The notes: generated by a model from the letters alone, not told the origin. 64,000 nucleotides of DNA from Eledone cirrhosa (GCA_964016885.1 OZ024763.1:13702001-13766000), one strand, 5' to 3'. Counted from the stretch's first letter, positions 30,412 to 44,290 are shown. A program made the numbers and translations.

Positions 30412-31686
30412 ATATATTTTGACTATGAGAATATTTTTCATTTATTAACATCTTGAATTATATATACATATATGTGTAATTGTTGACAATTAGTCTTTTA
30501 CGTTAGATTTATTTAAATGTCCTTAATTTTCGAGATAATATCTCTTCTTCGGAGGGAAGTAAAGCGGTTAAACCAGTGTTCTAAATAGCTTGCCACTCTG
30601 GTATCTCTGGTTGTTGTACCATGAGTTGGCTTTCCCTATCTTTTGTCTAGTCAGTAACTTTCAATTCCAACATAATCTTATGTAATTATGCAATAACCTT
30701 TGTTAAGTTATTTTCCAAATACCAACTGAATGAGAAAGTTGGTTCATTAAACACCACTAAATTCTTGAATTTCTTTCTTTTTTTTTTCAAAATAAAGGTA
30801 ATGTCTTTCATTAGAAATATGGTAATGAAATGGATGATGAATTTGAGGGGAGGCATTGGAAAGTAGCAGGGTGTGGTAGGGTAGGGTAGGTGTTCAAAGT
30901 GATGTTTGAAATTCTTGAACAATGATAGTGGTTAAAATTAGTCTCAGTAGAGAATTTTATAAAGAGAGTTCTTGGGAGTTTAAATACCAGCTGCTTCTGG
31001 AATTGAAAATAATAATCCTCCATTTTATGGTGATGGTGGTGTTGGTGGTGGTGGTGGTGGTGGTGGTGGTGGTGGTGGAGGAGTTAATTTGAAGATGTGT
31101 GCATGTAGGGTAGTGATGGTGGTGTAGGGGTAGTAGCAATGGTAGTGGTACAGGTAGTAGTTGTGGTGGTGGTAGTATTAGGTGGTGGTGTAGTGGAGTT
31201 AATTTGAAGATGTGTGCATGTAGGGTAGTGATGGTGGTGGTACAGGTAGTAGTGATGGTGGTGGTACAGGTAGTAGTTGTGGTGGTGGTACAGGTAGTAG
31301 TTGTGGTGTTGGTGCAGGTCTGATGGTGATGGGGTTGGTGGTGGCACTAGTAGTGTTCGTGGTAGCAGTAGTGATGGTGGTGGTGGTGGTGGTGGTGTTG
31401 GTAATAATGGTGGTGTTGCTGGTAGTGGTGTTAGTGGTGGTGTTGGTAGTGGTAGTGGTGGTGTTGGTAGGGGTGTTGGTGGTAGTAGTAGTGGGGTTGG
31501 TGGTGGTGGTGGTAATGGTGATGGTGGTGGTGGTAGTAATGGTGGTGTTGGTGGTAGTAGTGGTGGTATTGGTGGTAGTGCTTTTGGTGGTGGTAGTGGT
31601 GTTTGTTGTAGTAGTGGTGGTGGTGTTATTTCAAAATGTCTCAAACTAGAATTCCATTGGCTACTTTTGACTTCAAAATTATGGAA

Positions 31687-31730
<44 letters not shown>

Positions 31731-31859
31731 ACTTGCCCCCCCCCCCCTTCTTGCTCTCTCCTTTTTTATGTATATCTCTCTCTCTCTCTCCAATTGAAAA
31801 CATTTTAAGTATTATATATTTAACGGCTGTTTTACATAATCAGAGGGCAGTGAAGTAGT

Positions 31860-32712
31860 GGTGGTGGTCTGGTGGTTAGTGTGTATGTGATGGTGGTGGT
31901 ACTGGTGGTGTGATGGTGGTGGTGATGGTGGTGGTGTTGGTGTGATGGTAGTGGTGTTGGTGTGATGGTAGTGGTGTGGTGTGGTGTTATGTGATGGTGG
32001 TGGTTGTGGTTGGTAGGGGTTAGTGTGTATGTGATGGTGGTGGTACTGGTGGTGTGATGGTGGTGGTGATGGTGGTGGTGTTGGTGTGATGGTAGTGGTG
32101 TTGGTGTGATGGTAGTGGTGTGGTGTGGTGTTATGTGATGGTGGTGGTTGTGGTTGGTAGGGGTTAGTGTGTATGTGATGGTGGTGGTACTGGTGGTGTG
32201 ATGGTGGTGGTGTTGGTGTGATGGTAGTGGTGTTGGTGTGATGGTAGTGGTGTGGTGTGGTGTTATGTGATGGTGGTGGTTGTGGTTGGTAGGGGTTAGT
32301 GTGTATGTGATGGTGGTGGTACTGGTGGTGTGATGGTGGTGGTGATGGTGGTGGTGTTGGTGTGATGGTAGTGGTGTTGGTGTGATGGTAGTGGTGTGGT
32401 GTGGTGTTATGTGATGGTGGTGGTTGTGGTTGGTAGGGGTTAGTGTGTATGTGATGGTGGTGGTACTGGTGGTGTGATGGTGGTGGTGATGGTGGTGGTG
32501 TTGGTGTGATGGTAGTGGTGTTGGTGTGATGGTAGTGGTGTGGTGTGGTGTTATGTGATGGTGGTGGTTGTGGTTGGTAGGGGTTAGTGTGTATGTGATG
32601 GTGGTGGTACTGGTGGTGTGATGGTGGTGGTGATGGTGGTGGTGTTGGTGTGATGGTAGTGGTGTGGTGTGGTGTGGTGTTATGTGATGGTGGTGGTTGT
32701 GGTTGGTAGGGG

Positions 32713-32720
<8 letters not shown>
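31860..32720 (+). repeat. ~144-bp higher-order repeat of (GGT)n-type sequence, 6 copies
   Basis: tagtgtgtatgtgatgg recurs at 31877, 32021 and 32165. Confidence 0.9.
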
Positions 32721-32744
<24 letters not shown>

Positions 32745-32949
32745 ATTGTGGTGATGGTGGTGGTGGTGTGATATGGTGTAATGGTGGTGGTAGTGGTGGT
32801 TAGTGGTAGTGGTGGTGTGTGTATGAGATGGTGGTAGTGGTAGTGGTTGTGTGATGATGATGATGATGATGGTGGTGGTGTGGAGAGGGTAGAACATATG
32901 CAGAATCTCCTATCAACATCAACTGTAACCCAGCCCAGCCCAGTCTACT

Positions 32950-32976
32950 AGGTCAACGAAAGGTCAACAGGAAGTG
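32950..32976 (+). promoter_or_regulatory. Candidate intronic enhancer: perfect DR5 (AGGTCA-acgaa-AGGTCA) abutting an ETS site (ACAGGAAGTG)
   Basis: Exact consensus matches in a small island of unique sequence; function not shown. Confidence 0.35.
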
Positions 32977-33403
32977 AGGCTGAGCCTGACAGCAATAATT
33001 ACACCCCCGCCCCCTGTCTCCACCTTTCAATGATTATAATAATGATTTCTTAGATAAACACCAGAGTCACTGGTGTTTAGGGCACAGTGTGGGAGTGTGT
33101 GTGTTTATAGATACACACACACTCACACACACACACACTCACACATATACACACACACATATATATACATATATGTGTGTGTGTGTATATATGTATGTGT
33201 GTGTGTGTGTGTATCTACAAACATATATATATATATATATATACATATATACACACACACATGTCCAACCCTTGCTAGCAGGGAAGCGGGGGGGGGGGCA
33301 TTAAGTGAAGATGATGATGTACATATATACATAAATATGTGTATATATATGTGTATGTGTGTGTACATATATGAGCATATACATACACACACACACATAT
33401 ATA

Positions 33404-33464
<61 letters not shown>

Positions 33465-33891
33465 GTATATATATGTGTGTGTGTGTATGTATATGTAAAT
33501 ATATGTATATATAAATTTATCTGAAACAGGAACTGGTTGGAACTGGTGAAACCAAACTGAAATATATTCAAACAAACCCCTAACAATTATGAGTTTGGAA
33601 GTTTGGAGAAATGTTTGGAAACGAATGTTGATGTGGTTTATACAGTTTCCCTGGTCACCCTGCTGACCCTTTGGAAATACTGACACTGAAATGGGCAAGG
33701 TATCAGCCCCAAAATATGGCCCTTCTAAGGAATTCAATACTACTGATATGTGGTTGGCATTATGAAGGGCACCTCACTGTAGAGACCATACAAAAAAGTG
33801 TTAAGAGGACCCTTCGGTTGTGTTAAAGATATGATCATCTCTAGTGTTGAAGATTTACATGACAAACACACCCAGTACACTATGTAAAAAG

Positions 33892-34107
33892 GAACGATCG
33901 ACTTTTTTGTCAAATCGGACCGAGGGAACAATGTTTCCGTTGGTCTTTCCAATTGCTAATACTATCTATCGGTCGCAACCTCCAGGTAGAAGGAGCAATG
34001 TGAAATAAAGTGTCTTGCTCAAGGACATAACGCATCGCCTGGTCCAGGAATCGAACTCACAACCTTACGATTGCGAATACAATTCTCTAACCACTCAGCC
34101 ACACGCC
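33892..34107 (-). mobile_element. CORE-type tRNA SINE with a distinct 3' tail
   Basis: Head ggcgtgtggctgagtgg, B box gagttcgattcc; near-identical to 53188-53399. Confidence 0.85.
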
Positions 34108-36589
34108 TTACACTCTGTAAAGTGGTTGGTAATAGGAGAGGAATCCATCCATAGAAAGCTTGCCAAACAAAAGAGTTGGGAGGACCCTTCAGTTGTGTCA
34201 CAGACATGACAACCTCTATAGTGTTGGTGATCTACAGAATAAATATACCTTGTACACACTGTAAAGTGGTTGGTGATAGGAAGGGCATCCTGCTGTAGAA
34301 ACCTTACCAAAAGAGAGTCTGAGAGACATAACAGCCTCCCTTCTGTTGGTGATCTGCATGATAACACACCCAGTACACTCTGTAAAGTGGTTTGCGACAA
34401 GAAGGGCATCCAGCTGTAGAAACCTTACCAAAAAGAGAGTCTGAGAGACAACAGCCTCCCTTCTGTTGGTGATCTGCATGATAAACACACCCAGTACACT
34501 CTGTAAAGTGGTTTGCGACAAGAAGGGCATCCAGCTGTAGAAAATTTACTAAACAAAGGGTTGGGAGGATCTTTCAAACATCTCAAAGACTCTGTGTGGT
34601 TGGTAATGGGAAGGGTATCGAGCCATAAAAAAGCTTGCCAAACAAAGGGTCATGAGGACTCTTCAGCTGTGTCAAAGACATGACAATCACCCTCGTGTTG
34701 ATGATTTAGACGATAAACACACCCAGTACACTCTGTAAAGTGGTTGGTATCAAGTCTTTAGAAAGCCTACCAAACAAAGAGTCAGGGAGATTCTCCAGCT
34801 GTGTCTATGATACTGTGAGCTTCAGTGATCTGAGGTCAGCTCTCACCACCTCCGTCCATGTTTTTCGTGGCCTTCCTCTACTACGTCTATACTATTGTAT
34901 TTTCATGGTGTAGGCTTTCCCTCACAATATCGAGTCTATGGAATTCTGATATTAATTTTGAGAACAATACCTTAACATCAGTATGAATGGCTGGTTACAG
35001 GCAGTTTGGATATGGCTGGTTTAAATGCTAAAGGGTTAAACGCAGCCCCCCCCCCCCCCCCGTTGGCCTGAGGGGTGGGGCAAATCTTCCTGCCAAAAAA
35101 ATTTGTTTATGATGAATTACCTCATTCAGGGCCCAAGTACTGGGGGGGGGGGGGGGGGGGGGGGGCCTCATAACTTAACTAGCATAGGGCCTCATTTGTC
35201 CTAAATCTGGCAATGCCCCCCAAATAGCTGTTCTTGTGCCTATCTGTTATCTTTGGGAAAACCATGACAGCCACTATTTCTCACAGTTCTTTCCAATGAT
35301 TAAGTCAACATAGTATAATTAATAAGTTGTAATTAACAGACAATAATTTCTTGTTAATTAATGTTAATTACTGTTGATTTAATAACAACTTTGTCAGTTA
35401 AACTGAGATGTTTATTTTAAACAGATGGACTGTTTTCAACATCACTACTACTACTACTACTACTACATTTAAACTATCATTAAAACCTCCACTACCACCA
35501 TTACCATTACCATCTTAGGCACCACTACCACTACCACCACCACCACCACCACAATCACAACCAGCAACACCACCACCAGCAATACCACCACCACCACCAC
35601 CATCACTATCACAACCAGCAACACCACCCTCCACCACCACCACTATCACCACCACAATCACAACCAGCAACACCACCACCAGCACCACCACCACCACCAC
35701 TATCACAACCAGCAACACCACCTCCATCACCACCACCGCCACTATCACAACCAGCAACACCACCTCCATCACCACCATCACAACCACCAACTCCACCACC
35801 ACCACCACCACTATCACAACCACTAACACCACCACCACCAGCAACACCACCTCCACCACTATCACAACCACTAACACCACCACCACTAGCAACATCACCA
35901 CCACCACTATCACAACCAGCAACAGCACCACCACCACCACCACTATCACAACCAGCAACACCACCACCACAACTATCACAACTAATAACACCACCATCTC
36001 CACCACCACCACCACTATCACAACCACCACCACCACCACCACCACTATCACAACCAGCAACAGCAACACCACCACCACCACTATCACAACCAGCAACACC
36101 ACCACCACCACCACTATCACAACCACCACCACTATCACAACTAATAACACCACCATCTCCACCTCCACTATCACAACCAGCAACACCACCACCACCACTA
36201 TCACAACCACCAGCAACACCAACATGTGTGTGTGTGTGTGTCTATATATGTGTTACTGCTGGTTTGTCCCCCCCCCCCCCCCTACCTCCACCCTCCACCC
36301 CAACTCCACCCTCCACCCCACCTCCACCCTCCACCCACTATATATAATTAGGTTACTTTAACTTAACATATAACTTTACCCTACAGTTAATTATAGCAAT
36401 TTGGTGGTAGGGGGTGGAGGGTATGGTAGGGGCGGGGTGGAGGGTATGGTAGTGGTGGGGGTGGAGGGTATGGTAGTGGTGGGGGTGGAGGGTATGGTAG
36501 TGGTGGGGGTGGAGGGTATAGTAGTGGGGGTGGTAGGAAGTTTGCCTGCCTTCTTTCTGTCTATCTTGCCATGCATCTTGGTGTGTGCA

Positions 36590-36649
<60 letters not shown>

Positions 36650-36711
36650 ATATTAATAAATGGAAACTATATTTATAAAACCATATTTATTTCATTATAT
36701 ATATTTCAAGG

Positions 36712-36894
36712 GCAGTGGACTGGCAGTATCGGTAGAGGGTCGGACGCCATGCTTTCCAGCATAGTTACGTCCCTTTACGATCTGAGTTCAAATCCCGCCG
36801 AGGTTGACTTTGCCTTTCATCCTTACGGGGTCGATAAAATAAAGTACCAGTAATGCACTGGGTAATTGCTGGCCTTGTGCCTAAAGTAGAAACA
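36712..36894 (+). mobile_element. tRNA-derived SINE (Meta-domain-like) inserted into a hammerhead-bearing element
   Basis: A/B boxes; 18-bp TSD attatatatatttcaagg at 36694-36711 and 36895-36912. Confidence 0.9.
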
Positions 36895-37104
36895 ATTATA
36901 TATATTTCAAGGATACCAAGTTAAATCATGGTGTGCCTTCATCAGACAAAATACAATATATAACAGTTTTACAAATAGATAATTGACGTACCCTTTCAAA
37001 AAGGTGACCGTTGTTTTTGAAGGCCATCCGAATAGTGTATCCCAACAATTTAAATTGAACTTTTGCATATATATATATATATATATATATATTTCTTCAT
37101 TAAT

Positions 37105-37415
37105 CAGTATACACTGAGGATGAAAAACTCAGAGCTGTATGGGAGCATCCCAAAAGTCAGCTCAAAAGTGACACAGAGGAGACTGAGGTTAGCTGGACAT
37201 GCTCACCGACATCCAAAGTTGACATTGCACTCAGTGCTCCTTTGGGAGCCCCTTACATGGACACAATAGTAGAGGAAGACCTAGGTTAACGTATGTTGAT
37301 GCCCTAAGGACAGACACTGGTCTGTTGGAGATGCAGGATATGGCAGCGATAATGAGGGACAGAGACCGCTGGAGAGAACTCGTCCATGGATCTCGGGAAT
37401 TTTACCCGCCTTAGA
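37105..37415 (+). mobile_element. Degenerate 3' end of another RTE-like LINE family
   Basis: LYGSIPKVSSKVTQRRLRLAGHAHRH..LLWEP, then after a frameshift RGRPRLTYVDALRTDTG..DRDRWRE. Confidence 0.8.
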
Positions 37416-37420
37416 TAGAT

Positions 37421-37466
<46 letters not shown>

Positions 37467-37776
37467 CATGAGAAGAATATTGCGTGGTTGCACATGGGTC
37501 ACATATGATAAAAATAGTCCTTCGTCAGTGATTTTCCAACCATCATTGGTATTTCATATATATATATATATATATGGCTGGTGTAATATGTTATCAAATA
37601 TCATGCAACATTGAATCTTTGTTCCTTTTCTTATAGTCTCTCTCTATATATATAGCTACACATATATAGCTACATATATATATATATATAGCTACACATA
37701 TATAGCTACATATATATATATATATAGCTACATATATATATATATATATATATAGCTACATATATATATATATAGC

Positions 37777-37811
<35 letters not shown>

Positions 37812-37878
37812 CTACATATATATATATATATAGCTACATATATATATATATATAGCTACATATATATATATATATAGC

Positions 37879-37917
<39 letters not shown>

Positions 37918-38057
37918 CTACATATATATATAGCTACACATATATATATATATAGCTACATATATATATATATATATATGTATAGCTACATATATAGCTA
38001 TTAAGTTAGACATGGCCTCGGCCAATACTGGCTGAAACCTACCAAAGTTAAGTAAAG

Positions 38058-38110
<53 letters not shown>

Positions 38111-38174
38111 TATATATATATATAGATATATACGATATTAACAAATGGAAACTATATTTATAAAACCATATTTA

Positions 38175-38236
38175 TTTCATTATACATATTTCAAGGACAC
38201 CAAGTTAAATTATGGTGTGCTTTCATCAGATAAAAT
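38175..38236 (-). ncRNA. Type I hammerhead motif, family A
   Basis: CTGATGA AAG-C-ACACCA/TGGTGT-C-CTT GAAA TATGTA. Confidence 0.7.
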
Positions 38237-38618
38237 ATAATATAACTATCCGGGAGCTTCCAACAGAAATGGTCGCATTCTTTAAGGGTATGTCAATATT
38301 TATTTATAAAACTGCTCTATATTATATTTTATCTGATGAAAGCCCACCATAATTTAACTTGGTGTCCTTGAATGTATAATGAAATAAATATGGTTTTATA
38401 AATATAGTTTCCATTTGTTAATATCGTATTTTTACTCCAACAATTTGTTGAGTGCTTTATATCAGTTATAAAAATATTTGCTTGTTGTATCCCAACAATT
38501 TAAATAGAACTTCTACATATATATATATATATATATAAATATAAATTAGCGAGAATCGTATTTCCTAACTTTCACATTCTATTTTCAAGTACCCACCTGT
38601 TGTCTCCTTATCAGAACT

Positions 38619-38652
38619 TTCCTGATGAAGGGCTTCCGTCTGAAACATAGGG
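38619..38652 (+). ncRNA. Degenerate minimal hammerhead motif
   Basis: CTGATGA A GGGC-ttcc-GTCT GAAAC ATA. Confidence 0.5.
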
Positions 38653-38881
38653 CCCTCCTCCATTTCCTCTAAGCGTGAACCTAATAAGACTTTGTATATT
38701 TGCATCCCTATGTGTGTTTTGCTTTATTTATCAACTATTTATATATGTGAGCCCTGGGTTCAATCGGGGAAAACCACGGTAAGTAAAGTACTCAATACAT
38801 TAGTAGAGTGTATATATATATATATAATTTATGTTGAGCTGTTTACCAATGGGTAGAACCGAATTAATTAAAGCACTCAAT

Positions 38882-40322
38882 TCTTGGAGTGGGGAGACCC
38901 AAGAAGACCTGGGATGAGGTGATAAAAGCAGACCTTGCCCAATTGCACCTCTCAAAGGTGATGACACAGGACCATGACCTCTGGCGTTATGCAGTAATAC
39001 AGAAGACTCGACTTCCCATGGGTACAAGCCGATCCTGAAGCGTATAGAAATTATGCCCCCCCCCCCCCTCCCACTGTAAAGTAGTCTTGTAGGCCCCACA
39101 GTAAAAAAAAAAGCACCCAGCCCACACTGTAAAGTAGTCTTGTAGGCCCCACAGTAAAAAAAAAGCACCCAGCCCACACTGTAAAGTAGTCTTGTAGGCC
39201 CCACAATAAAAAAAAAGCACCCAGCCCACACTGTAAAGTAGTCTTGTAGGTGCCACAGTAAAAAAAAAGCACCCAGCCCACACTGTAAAGTAGTCTTGTA
39301 GGTGCCACAGTAAAAAAAAAGCACCCAGCCCACACTGTAAAGTAGTCTTGTAGGCCCCACAATAAAAAAAAAGCACCCAGCCCACACTGTAAAGTAGTCT
39401 TGTAGGCCCCACAATAAAAAAAAAGCACCCAGCCCACACTGTAAAGTAGTCTTGTAGGCCCCACAATAAAAAAAAAGCACCCAGCCCACACTGTAAAGTA
39501 GTCTTGTAGGCCCCACAATAAAAAAAAAGCACCCAGCCCACACTGTAAAGTAGTCTTGTAGGCCCCACAATAAAAAAAAAGCACCCAGCCCACACTGTAA
39601 AGTAGTCTTGTAGGCCCCACAATAAAAAAAAGCACCCAGCCCACACTGTAAAGTAGTCTTGTAGGTGCCACAGTAAAAAAAAAGCACCCAGCCCACACTG
39701 TAAAGTAGTCTTGTAGGTGCCACAGTAAAAAAAAAGCACCCAGCCCACACTGTAAAGTAGTCTTGTAGGTGCCACAGTAAAAAAAAAGCACCCAGCCCAC
39801 ACTGTAAAGTAGTCTTGTAGGCCCCACAATAAAAAAAAAGCACCCAGCCCACACTGTAAAGTAGTCTTGTAGGCCCCACAATAAAAAAAAAGCACCCAGC
39901 CCACACTGTAAAGTAGTCTTGTAGGCCCCACAATAAAAAAAAAGCACCCAGCCCACACTGTAAAGTAGTCTTGTAGGCCCCACAATAAAAAAAAGCACCC
40001 AGCCCACACTGTAAAGTAGTCTTGTAGGTGCCACAGTAAAAAAAAAGCACCCAGCCCACACTGTAAAGTAGTCTTGTAAGCGCCACAGTAAAAAAAAAAG
40101 CACCCAGCCCACACTGTAAAGTAGTCTTGTAGGCCCCACAGTAAAAAAAAAGCACCCACAGCACTCACTGTAAATGAGGTTGGTGTCAGGAAGGGCATCC
40201 AGCTGTAGAAATCAAGCCAGAATCAGTTCTGTATGAGCAAGACCAGCCCATAACAGGACAACTCGTCTAACCCATGGTAGCGTGGAAGAATGGACGTAAA
40301 ACGGTGATGATGATGATGATGA
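38882..40322 (+). mobile_element. 5'-truncated RTE copy with internal 52-bp tandem expansion
   Basis: GVGRPKKTWDEVIKADLAQLHLSK matches the 62313 ORF end; (GAT)n tail. Confidence 0.9.
39072..40157 (+). repeat. 52-bp minisatellite, ~21 copies, derived from the RTE 3'UTR
   Basis: Unit cccacactgtaaagtagtcttgtaggccccacagtaaaaaaaaagcacccag. Confidence 0.95.
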
Positions 40323-40498
40323 CTCAAAGTTATGCAAGTCATCCATCATAGCTGTGGTATCCAGTGGTTGGTGCTGGAACGGAGTTAAGTGTTCATTAAA
40401 ACAACAAAAGGCCAAACTGGAAAATTTACTTTACAATTTGAATTCCACGAAAGCACTGTACATATTTCAATGGCTCAGATCTTGTAATGATGTATATG

Positions 40499-40534
<36 letters not shown>

Positions 40535-41320
40535 GGATAGATAGATATATAGAGAGTGATGGGAGACATGTAAACTTATATATGGTAGCAGGGGTAAATG
40601 ATGATGATGGTGATGATGATATATACACACAGCCTTGAAAAATGAAGCCAGCTTGGTCTCCTCTTATCTTGACCCCGCCACCACCCCACCATCACACCAC
40701 CATCACACCACCACCCCACCATCACACCACCCCACCATCATACCATTCCAATAAAAGTAAAAGTCAGTCAGAAAAGTCTTGTGTTACATGTGAACAGAGT
40801 TGCACATGTTGGGGGAAGACGGCGGCGGCGGTGGTGGTGGTGGTGGTGGGGGGAGCTATAAAGTCAGACATGTTCTTTTTAAAGTTCTGATGAAAACTTT
40901 TTGTATTAGATCTCTCTCTCTTTCTCTCTCTCTCTCTCCTTGGCAATGTTGGTGGTGGTGTTGAATAAGTTGGCTGCTCTAAGGTAGAGCAATGAGTAAT
41001 GTTTACTTAGACATATATATATAGATATAGATATATAGATAGATATGTAGAAGTTATATTTAATTTATTGGGATACAACAAGCAAATATTTTTATAACTG
41101 ATATAAAGCACTCAACAAATTATTGGAGTAAAAAATACGATATATTAACAAATGGAAACTATATTTATAAAACCATATTTATTTCATTATACATATTTCA
41201 AGGACACCAAGTTAAATTATGGTGTGCTTTCATCAGATAAAATATAATATAGATCAGTTTTATAAATAAATATTGACATACCCTTAAAGAATGCGACCAT
41301 TTCTGTTGGAAGCTCCCGGA

Positions 41321-41377
41321 TATCTGATGAAAGCACACCATAATTTAACTTGGTGTCCTTGAAATATGTATAATGAA
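41321..41377 (+). ncRNA. Type I hammerhead motif, family A (partner 41182-41243, - strand)
   Basis: CTGATGA AAG-C-ACACCA-taatttaact-TGGTGT-C-CTT GAAA TATGTA TAATGAAA. Confidence 0.7.
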
Positions 41378-41584
41378 ATAAATATGGTTTTATAAATATA
41401 GTTTCCATTTGTTAATATATCGTAATATATATATATATAGATATCTTTCTTTATTTGACACAGGGGGCGTACAAAATGGGACATTACAAGACGTGACGGC
41501 AAGGGGGTTTTACTTAAAAATCATATAACTTTAACATTAATAAATAACAATAAACTATATATATGTATATTATATAAAGGAGTG

Positions 41585-41761
41585 GATTGGCAGTATCGGT
41601 AGAGGGTCGGACGCCATGCTTTCCAGCATAGTTACATCCCTTTACGATCTGAGTTCAAATCCCGCCGAGGTTGACTTTGCCTTTCATCCTAACAGGGTAG
41701 ATAAAATAAAGTACCAGTAATGCACTGGGTAATTGCTGGCCTTGTGCCTAAAGTAGAAACA
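41585..41761 (+). mobile_element. tRNA-derived SINE (Meta-domain-like)
   Basis: A/B boxes; TSD attatataaaggagtg. Confidence 0.9.
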
Positions 41762-41922
41762 ATTATATAAAGGAGTGAAGAATAACATGGTTCAGTAGGG
41801 TTTATTCCAAGTATTAACAAATGTTTCATTCGTCCGGTGTATCAAAAAACCGCTATCTGCAGTGTGTCATGACACTCGATTTTGATTACAGTTTACACCA
41901 ACCAAATTCTCAAAATACTAAT

Positions 41923-42296
41923 TATCATCATCATCATCATTTTACGTCTGCTTTTCCCTGCTTGCAGGGGTGGGACAGGTCCTATTCAGCTCATCATCTC
42001 TCTACTTGTCACGGTCCTTAGTCATCTCCTCCGTGAGCTTCAGCGATCTGAGGTCTGCTCTCACCAGCTCCGTCCATGTTTTTCGTGGTCTTCCTCTACT
42101 GCGTCTCCCTTCTAGGAATCGTTTAAGCAGCCGACCATGCTATTCTTCATTCTTTTACTATATAGCATCATCATCATCATCATCATCATCACCGTTTTAC
42201 GTCTGTTCTTCTACGCTAGCATAGGTTAGATGGGTTGTCCTGTTGTGTGCAGTCTCTGGTCGGCTGACCATGCCTTGCTCATACAGGAACTGATTT

Positions 42297-42300
<4 letters not shown>
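41923..42300 (-). mobile_element. Two short RTE 3'-end fragments
   Basis: (CAT)n tails; similarity to 8990-9185 and 62001-62130. Confidence 0.85.
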
Positions 42301-42363
<63 letters not shown>

Positions 42364-43189
42364 TATATATATATAGATGTATATAAAAGTATGTATGTAT
42401 GTATGTATGTGTGTGGATGTATATATAGGTATATATATATGTGTGTGTGTGTGTAGGAATATATGAATGTATGTATATCTACTGCACCTAGCCAACCTAT
42501 ATCTACTCACCATTCATCCATTCACCAGCTCAGCTTCTGATATCTATAGAGCCTCTCTGTCTACTCCTTTTCCCTCACACATACAAACATCTATCCTCAC
42601 ATCCACTCTACCAAACCAATGATATCCTCCCAACACCTGCCTCCCACTAAGTTTGGCATCTACAGAACCTCTCTGTCTAGAGATTTGATAACTTCATTGC
42701 CACCAGATACTTCACCAGATATCCCCATATTTTCTTATCTTTCTACAACAGCAGGTTCTTTCTAACTACTAACAGCAGTAAATGATAGGACTGTTTTTTT
42801 GGGGGGTTTTTTCAAATATAAAACCTCCATTGTGTGTAGGATAAAAACCCAGGCAGTTTCAACCGTTTTTGTTATCATATTTTTAATGAAAGACACTACT
42901 TATGGTTTTGAAATAATTTTGAAAATAACCAAAGTTTGGAGGGATTTAGTAATATAACTACCTTTCTCATTATTAAGTTCATGTTTGGAACATAACTTAA
43001 CAAATGTTCTCACATAGAATTATGATGGAATTTTTTTTTAGATAAATATAAACACTTTGACACTTTTCTTACCATATTTCTAAAGTAAAAAAAAACACTG
43101 CCTGTGATTGTCAAATCATTTTGAAAGTCATCAGGAATTTTGGAGGGATTTTTTGTAATATAACTAACTTTCTCATTATTAAACTGGTG

Positions 43190-43530
43190 GATTGGCAGTA
43201 TCGGTAGAGGGTCGGGCGCCATGCTTTGCAGCAAAGAGTTACGGCCCTTTATGCTATGAGTTCAAATCCCGCCGAGGTTAACTTTGCCTTTCATCCTTAC
43301 GGGGGTCGCTAAAATAAAGTACCAGTAATACACTGGGATAATTGCTGGCCTTGTGCCAAAAGTAGAAACAATTATTTCAGGGTCGATAAAATAAAGTACC
43401 AGTAATGCACTGGGGTAATTGCTGGCCTTGTGCCAAAAGTAGAAACAATTATTTCAGGGTCGATAAAATAAAATACCAGTAATGCACTGGGGTAATTGCT
43501 GGCCTTGTGCCAAAAGTAGAAACAATTATT
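43190..43530 (+). mobile_element. tRNA-derived SINE with triplicated 3' segment
   Basis: A/B boxes; TSD attattaa(a/g)ctggtg; tail present three times. Confidence 0.9.
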
Positions 43531-43609
43531 AAGCTGGTGTAGGGACAGTGACTTGCAGAATTGGTAGAGCTCTGGAGAAATGCTTTGTGGCATTTGTTCC
43601 ATCCATCTC

Positions 43610-44290
43610 TTTATATCTTCCTATTCTTCTTGCTCTTGTTCAACGAGGCTGGGGTCATCCTAAGCCAGCAATCTCTAAGCTGTGCCATGCGTAGAGCCAA
43701 GAGGTCCACCAGTGCCCTTCATCGCTGGCAGTCCCGTGTCAGCGCCTCTGCATCCTCCAAGGTGATGTCCAGCCTCCAGACATCTTCCTTGATGATATAC
43801 AGCCATCTGGTGCAGGGCCTGTCCAAGGTGATGTCCAGCCTCCAGACATCTTCCTTGATGATATACAGCCATCTGGTGCAGGGCCTGTCCAAGGTGATGT
43901 CCAGCCTCCAGACATCTTCCTTGATGATATACAGCCATCTGGTGCAGGGCCTGTCCAAGGTGATGTCCAGCCTCCAGACATCTTCCTTGATGATATACAG
44001 CCATCTGGTGCAGGGCCTGTCCAAGGTGATGTCCAGCCTCCAGACATCTTCCTTGATGATATACAGCCATCTGGTGCAGGGCCTGTCCAAGGTGATGTCC
44101 AGCCTCCAGACATCTTCCTTGATGATATACAGCCATCTGGTGCAGGGCCTGTCCAAGGTGATGTCCAGCCTCCAGACATCTTCCTTGATGATATACAGCC
44201 ATCTGGTGCAGGGCCTGCCATGAGGCCTCGTCCAGCCTGGAGCCGCTGTGTCGAATGAGAGTAAGGCCCTGTCTGTAATCTCTTTATGTT
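43610..44290 (-). mobile_element. RTE-like LINE 3' end with a 63-bp in-frame tandem expansion (~7 copies, 43756-44217)
   Basis: GWTRPHGRPCTRWLYIIKEDV...AEALTRDCQR; a repeated 21-codon unit. Confidence 0.85.

Noticed and set aside
33123-33737. 204-aa minus-strand ORF with a unique N-terminal part
   Set aside because: No recognisable domain, no ATG or splice support, and it runs into microsatellite.
38800-40198. Three overlapping 360-450 aa ORFs and a CRISPR-like periodicity
   Set aside because: A 52-bp tandem repeat from the RTE UTR with no unique spacers, in a eukaryotic context without cas genes.
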